From positions 81,902,001-81,966,000 of the forward strand of contig OZ024746.1 in the NCBI GenBank assembly GCA_964016885.1: 64,000 bases of DNA, in the 5' to 3' direction. How positions within the stretch are numbered: position 1 is the stretch's first letter; each line of letters starts with the position of its first letter. Origin of the DNA: Eledone cirrhosa (Eukaryota). Below the pieces are notes generated by a model. The model made no database searches, was not told where the DNA came from, and saw only the letters and a program-made list of their open reading frames with translations. Position numbers and translations under genes: made by a program. Shown piece by piece: positions 12,001 through 24,000 of this stretch.

Positions 12001-15000
12001 TTTCAGTGTCTGCCCTGTTTTCTGTGTGCCACTGTCTATTCAGTTTTCTGTGTTTCAGTGTCTGCCCTGTTTTCTGTGTGCCACTGTCTATTCAGTTTTC
12101 TGTGTTTCAGTGTCTGCCCTGTTTTCTGTGTGCCACTATCTATTCAGTTTTCTGTGTTTCAGTGTCTGCCCTGTTTTCTGTGTGCCAGTGTCTATTCAGT
12201 TTTCTGTGTTTCAGTGTCTGCCCTGTTTTCTGTGTGCCACTGTCTATTCAGTTTTCTGTGTTTCAGTGTCTGCCCTGTTTTCTGTGTGCCACTGTCTATT
12301 CAGTTTTCTGTGGTCAGTGTCTGCCCTGTTTTCTGTGTGCCACTGTCTATTCAGTTTTCTGTGTTTCGGTGTCTGCCCTGTTTTCTGTGTGCCACTATCT
12401 ATTCAGTTTTCTGTATTTCAGTGTCTGCCCTGCTTTCTGTGTGCCACTGTCTATTCAGTTTTCTGTGTTTCAGTGTCTGCCCTGTTTTCTGTGTGCCACT
12501 GTCTATTCAGTTTTCTGTGTTTCAGTGTCTGCCCTGTTTTCTGTGTGCCACTGTCTATTCAGTTTTCTGTGTTTCAGTGTCTGCCCTGTTTTCTGTGTAC
12601 CACTGTCTATTCAGCTTTCTGTGTTTCAGTGTCTGCCCTGTTTTCTGTGTGCCACTGTCTATTCAGTTTTCTGTGTTTCAGTGTCTGCCCTGTTTTCTGT
12701 GTACCACTGTCTATTCAGTTTTCTGTGTTTCAGTGTCTGCCCTGTTTTCTGTGTGCCACTGTCTATTCAGCTTTCTGTGTTTCAGTGTCTGCCCTGTTTT
12801 CTGTGTGCCACTGTCTATTCAGTTTTCTGTGTGCCACTATCTATTCAGTTTTCTGTGTTTCAGTGTCTGCCCTGTTTTCTGTGTGCCACTGTCTATTCAG
12901 TTTTCTGTGTGCCACTATCTATTCAGTTTTCTGTGTTTCAGTGTCTGCCCTGTTTTCTGTGTGCCACTGTCTATTCAGTTTTCTGTGTTTCAGTGTCTGC
13001 CCTGTTTTCTGTGTGCCACTGTCTATTCAGTTTTCTGTGTTTCAGTGTCTGCCCTGTTTTCTGTGTGCCACTGTCTATTCAGTTTTCTGTGTTTCAGTGT
13101 CTGCCCTGTTTTCTGTGTACCACTGTCTATTCAGTTTTCTGTGTTTCAGTGTCTGCCCTGTTTTCTGTGTGCCACTGTCTATTCAGCTTTCTGTGTTTCA
13201 GTGTCTGCCCTGTTTTCTGTGTGCCACTGTCTATTCAGTTTTTTGTGTGCCACTATCTATTCAGTTTTCTGTATTTCAGTGTCTGCCCTGTTTTCTGTGT
13301 GCCACTGGCTATTCAGTTTTCTGTGTGCCACTATCTATTCAGTTTTCTGTGTGCCACTATCTATTCAGTTTTCTGTGTTTCAGTGTCTGCCCTGTTTTCT
13401 GTGTGCCACTGTCTATTCAGTTTTCTGTGTTTCAGTGTCTGCCCTGTTTTCTGTGTACCACTGTCTATTCAGTTTTCTGTGTTTCAGTGTCTGCCCTGTT
13501 TTCTGTGTGCCACTGTCTATTCAGCTTTCTGTGTTTCAGTGTCTGCCCTGTTTTCTGTGTGCCACTGTCTATTCAGTTTTCTGTGTGCCACTATCTATTC
13601 AGTTTTCTGTGTTTCAGTGTCTGCCCTGTTTTCTGTGTGCCACTGTCTATTCAGTTTTCTGTGTGCCACTATCTATTCAGTTTTCTGTGTTTCAGTGTCT
13701 GCCCTGTTTTCTGTGTGCCACTATCTATTCAGCTTTCTGTGTTTCAGTGTCTGCCCTGTTTTCTGTGTGCCACTGTCTATTCAGCTTTCTGTGTTTCAGT
13801 GTCTGCCCTGTTTTCTGTGTGCCACTGTCTATTCAGTTTTCTGTGTGCCACTATCTATTCAGTTTTCTGTGTTTCAGTGTCTGCCCTGTTTTCTGTGTGC
13901 CACTGTCTATTCAGTTTTCTGTGTTTCAGTGTCTGCCTAGTTTTCTGTGTGCCACTGTCTATTCAGTTTTCTGTGTGCCACTATCTATTCAGTTTTCTGT
14001 GTTTCAGTGTCTGCCCTGTTTTCTGTGTGCCACTGTCTATTCAGTTTTCTGTGTTTCAGTGTCTGCCCTGTTTTCTGTGTGCCACTGTCTATTCAGTTTT
14101 CTGTGTTTCAGTGTCTGCCCTGTTTTCTGTGTGCCACTGTCTATTCAGTTTTCTGTGTTTCAGTGTCTGCCCTGTTTTCTGTGTGCCACTGTCTATTCAG
14201 CTTTCTGTGTTTCAGTGTCTGCCCTGTTTTCTGTGTGCCACTGTCTATTCAGTTTTCTGTGTGCCACTATCTATTCAGTTTTCTGTGTTTCAGTGTCTGC
14301 CCTGTTTTCTGTGTGCCACTGTCTATTCAGTTTTCTATGTGCCACTATCTATTCAGTTTTCTGTGTTTCAGTGTCTGCCCTGTTTTCTGTGTGCCACTAT
14401 CTATTCTGCTTTCTGTGTTTCAGTGTCTGCCCAGTTTTCTGTGTGCCACTGTCTATTCAGTTTTCTGTGTGCCACTATCTATTCAGTTTTCTGTGTTTCA
14501 GTGTCTATTCAGTTTTCTGTGTGCCACTATCTATTCAGTTTTCTGTGTTTCAGTGTCTGCCCTGTATTCTGTGTGCCACTGTCTATTCAGTTTTCTGTGT
14601 GCCACTATCTATTCAGTTTTCTGTGTGCCACTGTCTATTCAGTTTTCTGTGTGCCACTATCTATTCAGTTTTCTGTGTTTCAGTGTCTGCCCTGTTTTCT
14701 GTGTGCCACTATCTATTCAGTTTTCTGTGTTTCAGTGTCTGCCCTGTTTTCTGTGTGCCACTGTCTATTCAGTTTTCTGTGTTTCAGTGTCTGCCCTGTT
14801 TTCTGTGTGCCACTGTCTATTCAGTTTTCTGTGTTTCAGTGTCTGCCCTGTTTTCTGTGTGCCACTGTCTATTCAGTTTTCTGTGTTTCAGTGTCTGCCC
14901 TGTTTTCTGTGTGCCACTGTCTATTCAGCTTTCTGTGTTTCAGTGTCTGCCCTGTTTTCTGTGTGCCACTATCTATTCAGTTTTCTGTGTTTCAGTGTCT

Positions 15001-18000
15001 GCCCTGTTTTCTGTGTGCCACTGTCTATTCAGTTTTCTGTGTTTCAGTGTCTGCCCTGTTTTCTGTTTGCCACTATCTATTCAGTTTTCTGTGTTTCAGT
15101 GTCTGCCCTGTTTTCTGTGTACCACTGTCTATTCAGTTTTCTCTGTTTCAGTGTCTGCCCTGTTTTCTGTTTACCACTGTCTATTCAGCTTTCTGTGTTT
15201 CAGTGTCTGCCCTGTTTTCTGTGTGCCACTGTCTATTCAGTTTTCTGTGTTTCAGTGTCTGCCCTGTTTTCTGTGTACCACTGTCTATTCAGTTTTCTGT
15301 GTTTCAGTGTCTGCCCTGTTTTCTGTGTGCCACTGTCTATTCAGCTTTCTGTGTTTCAGTGTCTGCCCTGTTTTCTGTGTGCCACTGTCTATTCAGTTTT
15401 CTGTGTGCCACTATCTATTCAGTTTTCTGTGTTTCAGTGTCTGCCCTGTTTTCTGCGTGCCACTGTCTATTCAGTTTTCTGTGTGCCACTATCTATTCAG
15501 TTTTCTGTGTTTCAGTGTCTGCCCTGTTTTCTGTGTGCCACTGTCTATTCAGTTTTCTGTGTTTCAGTGTCTGCCCTGTTTTCTGTGTGCCACTGTCTAT
15601 TCAGTTTTCTGTGTTTCAGTGTCTGCCCTGTTTTCTGTGTGCCACTGTCTATTCAGTTTTCTGTGTGCCACTATCTATTCAGTTTTCTGTGTTTCAGTGT
15701 CTGCCCTGTTTTCTGTGTGCCACTGTCTATTCAGTTTTCTGTGTTTCAGTGTCTGCCCTGTTTTCTGTGTGCCACTGTCTATTCAGTTTTCTGTGTTTCA
15801 GTGTCTGCCCTGTTTTCTGTGTGCCACTGTCTATTCAGTTTTCTGTGTGCCACTATCTATTCAGTTTTCTGTGTTTCTGTGTCTGCCCTGTTTTCTGTGT
15901 TCCACTGTCTATTCAGTTTTCTGTGTGCCACTATCTATTCAGTTTTCTGTGTTTCAGTGTCTGCCCTGTTTTCTGTGTGCCACTGTCTATTCAGTTTTCT
16001 GTGTTTCAGTGTCTGCCCTGTTTTCTGTGTACCACTGTCTATTCAGTTTTCTGTGTTTCAGTGTCTGCCCTGTTTTCTGTGTGCCACTGTCTATTCAGCT
16101 TTCTGTGTTTCAGTGTCTGCCCTGTTTTCTTTGTGCCACTGTCTATTCAGTTTTCTGTGTGCCACTATCTATTCAGTTTTCTGTGTTTCAGTGTCTGCCC
16201 TGTTTTCGGTGTGCCACTGTCTATTCAGTTTTCTGTGTGCCACTATCTATTCAGTTTTCTGTGTTTCAGTGTCTGCCCTGTTTTCTGTGTGCCACTATCT
16301 ATTCAGCTTTCTGTGTTTCAGTGTCTGCCCTGTTTTCTGTGTGCCACTGTCTATTCAGCTTTCTGTGTTTCAGTGTCTGCCCTGTTTTCTGTGTGCCACT
16401 GTCTATTCAGTTTTCTGTGTGCCACTATCTATTCAGTTTTCTGTGTTTCAGTGTCTGCCCTGTTTTCTGTGTGCCACTGTCTATTCAGTTTTCTGTGTGC
16501 CACTATCTATTCAGTTTTCTGTGTTTCAGTGTCTGCCCTGTTTTCTGTGTGCCACTGTCTATTCAGTTTTCTGTGTTTCAGTGTCTGCCCTGTTTTCTGT
16601 GTGCCACTGTCTATTCAGTTTTCTGTGTTTCAGTGTCTGCCCTGTTTTCTGTGTGCCACTGTCTATTCAGTTTTCTGTGTTTCAGTGTCTGCCCTGTTTT
16701 CTGTGTGCCACTGTCTATTCAGCTTTCTGTGTTTCAGTGTCTGCCCTGTTTTCTGTGTGCCACTGTCTATTCAGTTTTCTGTGTGCCACTATCTATTCAG
16801 TTTTCTGTGTTTCAGTGTCTGCCCTGTTTTCTGTGTGCCACTGTCTATTCAGTTTTCTATGTGCCACTATCTATTCAGTTTTCTGTGTTTCAGTGTCTGC
16901 CCTGTTTTCTGTGTGCCACTATCTATTCTGCTTTCTGTGTTTCAGTGTCTGCCCAGTTTTCTGTGTGCCACTGTCTATTCAGTTTTCTGTGTGCCACTAT
17001 CTATTCAGTTTTCTGTGTTTCAGTGTCTATTCAGTTTTCTGTGTGCCACTATCTATTCAGTTTTCCGTGTTTCAGTGTCTGTCCTGTTTTCTGTGTGCCA
17101 CTGTCTATTCAGTTTTCTGTGTGCCACTATCTATTCAGTTTTCTGTGTGCCACTGTCTATTCAGTTTTCTGTGTTTCAGTGTCTGCCCTGTTTTCTGTGT
17201 GCCACTGTCTATTCAGTTTTCTGTGTTTCAGTGTCTGCCCTGTTTTCTGTGTGCCACTGTCTATTCAGTTTTCTGTGTTTCAGTGTCTGCCCTGTTTTCT
17301 GTGTGCCACTATCTATTCAGTTTTCTGTGTTTCAGTGTCTGCCCTGTTTTCTGTGTGCCACTGTCTATTCAGTTTTCTGTGTGTCACTATCTATTCAGTT
17401 TTCTGTGTGCCACTGTCTATTCAGTTTTCTGTGTGCCACTATCTATTCAGTTTTCTGTGTTTCAGTGTCTGCCCTGTTTTCTGTGTGCCACTATCTATTC
17501 AGTTTTCTGTGTTTCAGTGTCTGCCCTGTTTTCTGTGTGCCACTGTCTATTCAGTTTTCTGTGTTTCAGTGTCTGCCCTGTTTTCTGTGTGCCACTGTCT
17601 ATTCAGTTTTCTGTGTTTCAGTGTCTGCCCTGTTTTCTGTGTGCCACTATCTATTCAGTTTTCTGTGTTTCAGTGTCTGCCCTGTTTTCTGTGTGCCACT
17701 GTCTATTCAGCTTTCTGTGTTTCAGTGTCTGCCCTGTTTTCTGTGTGCCACTGTCTATTCAGTTTTCTGTGTGCCACTATCTATTCAGTTTTCTGTGTTT
17801 CAGTGTCTGCCCTGTTTTCTGTGTGCCACTGTCTATTCAGTTTTCTATGTGCCACTATCTATTCAGTTTTCTGTGTTTCAGTGTCTGCCCTGTTTTCTGT
17901 GTGCCACTATCTATTCTGCTTTCTGTGTTTCAGTGTCTGTCCAGTTTTCTGTGTGCCACTGTCTATTCAGTTTTCTGTGTGCCACTATCTATTCAGTTTT

Positions 18001-21000
18001 CTGTGTTTCAGTGTCTATTCAGTTTTCTGTGTGCCACTATCTATTCAGTTTTCCGTGTTTCAGTGTCTGTCCTGTTTTCTGTGTGCCACTGTCTATTCAG
18101 TTTTCTGTGTGCCACTATCTATTCAGTTTTCTGTGTGCCACTGTCTATTCAGTTTTCTGTGTTTCAGTGTCTGCCCTGTTTTCTGTGTGCCACTGTCTAT
18201 TCAGTTTTCTGTGTTTCAGTGTCTGCCCTGTTTTCTGTGTGCCACTGTCTATTCAGTTTTCTGTGTTTCAGTGTCTGCCCTGTTTTCTGTGTGCCACTAT
18301 CTATTCAGTTTTCTGTGTTTCAGTGTCTGCCCTGTTTTCTGTGTGCCACTGTCTATTCAGTTTTCTGTGTGTCACTATCTATTCAGTTTTCTGTGTGCCA
18401 CTGTCTATTCAGTTTTCTGTGTGCCACTATCTATTCAGTTTTCTGTGTTTCAGTGTCTGCCCTATTTTCTGTGTGCCACTATCTATTCAGTTTTCTGTGT
18501 TTCAGTGTCTGCCCAGTTTTCTGTGTGCCACTATCTATTCAGTTTTCTGTGTTTCAGTGTCTGCCCAGTTTTCTGTGTGCCACTATCTATTCAGTTTTCT
18601 GTGTTTCAGTGTCTGCCCTGTTTTCTGTGTGCCACTATCTATTCAGTTTTCTGTGTTTCAGTGTCTGCCCTGTTTTCTGTGTGCCACTATCTATTCAGTT
18701 TTCTGTGTTTCAGTGTCTGCCCTGTTTTCTGTGTGCCACTGTCTATTCAGTTTTCTGTGTTTCAGTGTCTGCCCAGTTTTCTGTGTGCCACTGTCTATTC
18801 AGTTTTCTGTGTTTCAGTGTCTGCCCTGTTTTCTGTGTGCCACTATCTATTCAGTTTTCTGTGTTTCAGTGTCTGCCCTGTTTTCTGTGTGCCACTGTCT
18901 ATTCAGTTTTCTGTGTTTCAGTGTCTGCCCTGTTTTCTGTGTGCCACTGTCTATTCAGTTTTCTGTGTTTCAGTGTCTGCCCTGTTTTCTGTGTGCCACT
19001 GTCTATTCAGTTTTCTGTGTTTCAGTGTCTGCCCTGTTTTCTGTGTGCCACTGTCTATTCAATTTTCTGTGTTTCAGTGTCTGCCCTGTTTTCTGTGTGC
19101 CACTGTCTATTCAGTTTTCTGTGTTTCAGTGTCTGCCCTGTTTTCTGTGTGCCACTGTCTATTCAGTTTTCTGTGTTTCAGTGTCTGCCCTGTTTTCTGT
19201 GTGCCACTGTCTATTCAGTTTTCTGTGTTTCAGTGTCTGCCCTGTTTTCTGTGTGCCACTGTCTATTCAGTTTTCTGTGTTTCAGTGTCTGCCCTGTTTT
19301 CTGTGTGCCACTGTCTATTCAGCTTTCTGTGTTTCAGTGTCTGCCCTGTTTTCTGTGTGCCACTGTCTATTCAGTTTTCTGTGTGCCACTATCTATTCAG
19401 TTTTCTGTGTTTCAGTGTCTGCCCTGTTTTCTGTGTGCCACTGTCTATTCAGTTTTCTATGTGCCACTATCTATTCAGTTTTCTGTGTTTCAGTGTCTGC
19501 CCTGTTTTCTGTGTGCCACTATCTATTCTGCTTTCTGTGTTTCAGTGTCTGCCCAGTTTTCTGTGTGCCACTGTCTATTCAGTTTTCTGTGTGCCACTAT
19601 CTATTCAGTTTTCTGTGTTTCAGTGTCTATTCAGTTTTCTGTGTGCCACTATCTATTCAGTTTTCTGTGTTTCAGTGTCTGCCCTGTTTTCTGTGTGCCA
19701 CTGTCTATTCAGTTTTCTGTGTGCCACTATCTATTCAGTTTTCTGTGTGCCACTGTCTATTCAGTTTTCTGTGTGCCACTATCTATTCAGTTTTCTGTGT
19801 TTCAGTGTCTGCCCTGTTTTCTGTGTGCCACTATCTATTCAGTTTTCTGTGTTTCAGTGTCTGCCCTGTTTTCTGTGTGCCACTGTCTATTCAGTTTTCT
19901 GTGTTTCAGTGTCTGCCCTGTTTTCTGTGTGCTACTGTCTATTCAGTTTTCTGTGTTTCAGTGTCTGCCCTGTTTTCTGTGTGCCACTGTCTATTCAGTT
20001 TTCTGTGTTTCAGTGTCTGCCCTGTTTTCTGTGTGCCACTGTCTATTCAGCTTTCTGTGTTTCAGTGTCTGCCCTGTTTTCTGTGTGCCACTATCTATTC
20101 AGTTTTCTGTGTTTCAGTGTCTGCCCTGTTTTCTGTGTGCCACTGTCTATTCAGTTTTCTGTGTTTCAGTGTCTGCCCTGTTTTCTGTTTGCCACTATCT
20201 ATTCAGTTTTCTGTGTTTCAGTGTCTGCCCTGTTTTCTGTGTACCACTGTCTATTCAGTTTTCTCTGTTTCAGTGTCTGCCCTGTTTTCTGTTTACCACT
20301 GTCTATTCAGCTTTCTGTGTTTCAGTGTCTGCCCTGTTTTCTGTGTGCCACTGTCTATTCAGTTTTCTGTGTTTCAGTGTCTGCCCTGTTTTCTGTGTAC
20401 CACTGTCTATTCAGTTTTCTGTGTTTCAGTGTCTGCCCTGTTTTCTGTGTGCCACTGTCTATTCAGCTTTCTGTGTTTCAGTGTCTGCCCTGTTTTCTGT
20501 GTGCCACTGTCTATTCAGTTTTCTGTGTGCCACTATCTATTCAGTTTTCTGTGTTTCAGTGTCTGCCCTGTTTTCTGCGTGCCACTGTCTATTCAGTTTT
20601 CTGTGTGCCACTATCTATTCAGTTTTCTGTGTTTCAGTGTCTGCCCTGTTTTCTGTGTGCCACTGTCTATTCAGTTTTCTGTGTTTCAGTGTCTGCCCTG
20701 TTTTCTGTGTGCCACTGTCTATTCAGTTTTCTGTGTTTCAGTGTCTGCCCAGTTTTCTGTGTGCCACTGTCTATTCAGTTTTCTGTGTTTCAGTGTCTGC
20801 CCTGTTTTCTGTGTACCACTGTCTATTCAGTTTTCTGTGTTTCAGTGTCTGCCCTGTTTTCTGTGTGCCACTGTCTATTCAGCTTTCTGTGTTTCAGTGT
20901 CTGCCCTGTTTTCTGTGTGCCACTGTCTATTCAGTTTTCTGTGTGCCACTATCTATTCAGTTTTCTGTGTTTCTGTGTCTGCCCTGTTTTCTGTGTGCCA

Positions 21001-24000
21001 CTGTCTATTCAGTTTTCTGTGTGCCACTATCTATTCAGTTTTCTGTGTTTCAGTGTCTGCCCTGTTTTCTGTGTGCCACTGTCTATTCAGTTTTCTGTGT
21101 TTCAGTGTCTGCCCTGTTTTCTGTGTACCACTGTCTATTCAGTTTTCTGTGTTTCAGTGTCTGCCCTGTTTTCTGTGTTCCACTGTCTATTCAGCTTTCT
21201 GTGTTTCAGTGTCTGCCCTGTTTTCTGTGTGCCACTGTCTATTCAGTTTTCTGTGTGCCACTATCTATTCAGTTTTCTGTGTTTCAGTGTCTGCCCTGTT
21301 TTCGGTGTGCCACTGTCTATTCAGTTTTCTGTGTGCCACTATCTATTCAGTTTTCTGTGTTTCAGTGTCTGCCCTGTTTTCTGTGTGCCACTATCTATTC
21401 AGCTTTCTGTGTTTCAGTGTCTGCCCTGTTTTCTGTGTGCCACTGTCTATTCAGCTTTCTGTGTTTCAGTGTCTGCCCTGTTTTCTGTGTGCCACTGTCT
21501 ATTCAGTTTTCTGTGTGCCACTATCTATTCAGTTTTCTGTGTTTCAGTGTCTGCCCTGTTTTCTGTGTGCCACTGTCTATTCAGTTTTCTGTGTGCCACT
21601 ATCTATTCAGTTTTCTGTGTTTCAGTGTCTGCCCTGTTTTCTGTGTGCCACTGTCTATTCAGTTTTCTGTGTTTCAGTGTCTGCCCTGTTTTCTGTGTGC
21701 CACTGTCTATTCAGTTTTCTGTGTTTCAGTGTCTGCCCTGTTTTCTGTGTGCCACTATCTATTCAGTTTTCTGTGTTTCAGTGTCTGCCCTGTTTTCTGT
21801 GTGCCACTGTCTATTCAGCTTTCTGTGTTTCAGTGTCTGCCCTGTTTTCTGTGTGCCACTGTCTATTCAGTTTTCTGTGTGCCACTATCTATTCAGTTTT
21901 CTGTGTTTCAGTGTCTGCCCTGTTTTCTGTGTGCCACTGTCTATTCAGTTTTCTATGTGCCACTATCTATTCAGTTTTCTGTGTTTCAGTGTCTGCCCTG
22001 TTTTCTGTGTGCCACTGTCTATTCAGTTTTCTGTGTGCCACTATCTATTCAGTTTTCTGTGTTTCAGTGTCTATTCAGTTTTCTGTGTGCCACTATCTAT
22101 TCAGTTTTCCGTGTTTCAGTGTCTGTCCTGTTTTCTGTGTGCCACTGTCTATTCAGTTTTCTGTGTGCCACTATCTATTCAGTTTTCTGTGTGCCACTGT
22201 CTATTCAGTTTTCTGTGTTTCAGTGTCTGCCCTGTTTTCTGTGTGCCACTGTCTATTCAGTTTTCTGTGTTTCAGTGTCTGCCCTGTTTTCTGTGTGCCA
22301 CTGTCTATTCAGTTTTCTGTGTTTCAGTGTCTGCCCTGTTTTCTGTGTGCCACTATCTATTCAGTTTTCTGTGTTTCAGTGTCTGCCCTGTTTTCTGTGT
22401 GCCACTGTCTATTCAGTTTTCTGTGTGTCACTATCTATTCAGTTTTCTGTGTGCCACTGTCTATTCAGTTTTCTGTGTGCCACTATCTATTCAGTTTTCT
22501 GTGTTTCAGTGTCTGCCCTGTTTTCTGTGTGCCACTATCTATTCAGTTTTCTGTGTTTCAGTGTCTGCCCAGTTTTCTGTGTGCCACTATCTATTCAGTT
22601 TTCTGTGTTTCAGTGTCTGCCCAGTTTTCTGTGTGCCACTATCTATTCAGTTTTCTGTGTTTCAGTGTCTGCCCTGTTTTCTGTGTGCCACTATCTATTC
22701 AGTTTTCTGTGTTTCAGTGTCTGCCCTGTTTTCTGTGTGCCACTATCTATTCAGTTTTCTGTGTTTCAGTGTCTGCCCTGTTTTCTGTGTGCCACTGTCT
22801 ATTCAGTTTTCTGTGTTTCAGTGTCTGCCCAGTTTTCTGTGTGCCACTGTCTATTCAGTTTTCTGTGTTTCAGTGTCTGCCCTGTTTTCTGTGTGCCACT
22901 ATCTATTCAGTTTTCTGTGTTTCAGTGTCTGCCCTGTTTTCTGTGTGCCACTGTCTATTCAGTTTTCTGTGTTTCAGTGTCTGCCCTGTTTTCTGTGTGC
23001 CACTATCTATTCAGTTTTCTGTGTTTCAGTGTCTGCCCTGTTTTCTGTGTGCCACTGTCTATTCAGTTTTCTGTGTGTCACTATCTATTCAGTTTTCTGT
23101 GTGCCACTGTCTATTCAGTTTTCTGTGTGCCACTATCTATTCAGTTTTCTGTGTTTCAGTGTCTGCCCTGTTTTCTGTGTGCCACTATCTATTCAGTTTT
23201 CTGTGTTTCAGTGTCTGCCCAGTTTTCTGTGTGCCACTATCTATTCAGTTTTCTGTGTTTCAGTGTCTGCCCAGTTTTCTGTGTGCCACTATCTATTCAG
23301 TTTTCTGTGTTTCAGTGTCTGCCCTGTTTTCTGTGTGCCACTATCTATTCAGTTTTCTGTGTTTCAGTGTCTGCCCTGTTTTCTGTGTGCCACTATCTAT
23401 TCAGTTTTCTGTGTTTCAGTGTCTGCCCTGTTTTCTGTGTGCCACTGTCTATTCAGTTTTCTGTGTTTCAGTGTCTGCCCAGTTTTCTGTGTGCCACTGT
23501 CTATTCAGTTTTCTGTGTTTCAGTGTCTGCCCTGTTTTCTGTGTGCCACTATCTATTCAGTTTTCTGTGTTTCAGTGTCTGCCCTGTTTTCTGTGTGCCA
23601 CTGTCTATTCAGTTTTCTGTGTTTCAGTGTCTGCCCTGTTTTCTGTGTGCCACTGTCTATTCAGTTTTCTGTGTTTCAGTGTCTGCCCTGTTTTCTGTGT
23701 GCCACTGTCTATTCAGTTTTCTGTGTTTCAGTGTCTGCCCTGTTTTCTGTGTGCCACTGTCTATTCAATTTTCTGTGGTCAGTGTCTGCCCTGTTTTCTG
23801 TGTGCCACTGTCTATTCAGTTTTCTGTGTTTCAGTGTCTGCCCTGTTTTCTGTGTGCCACTGTCTATTCAGTTTTCTGTGTTTCAGTGACTGCCCTGTTT
23901 TCTGTGTGCCACTGTCTATTCAGTTTTCTGTGTTTCAGTGTCTGCCCTGTTTTCTGTGTGCCACTGTCTATTCAGTTTTCTGTGTTTCAGTGTCTGCCCT

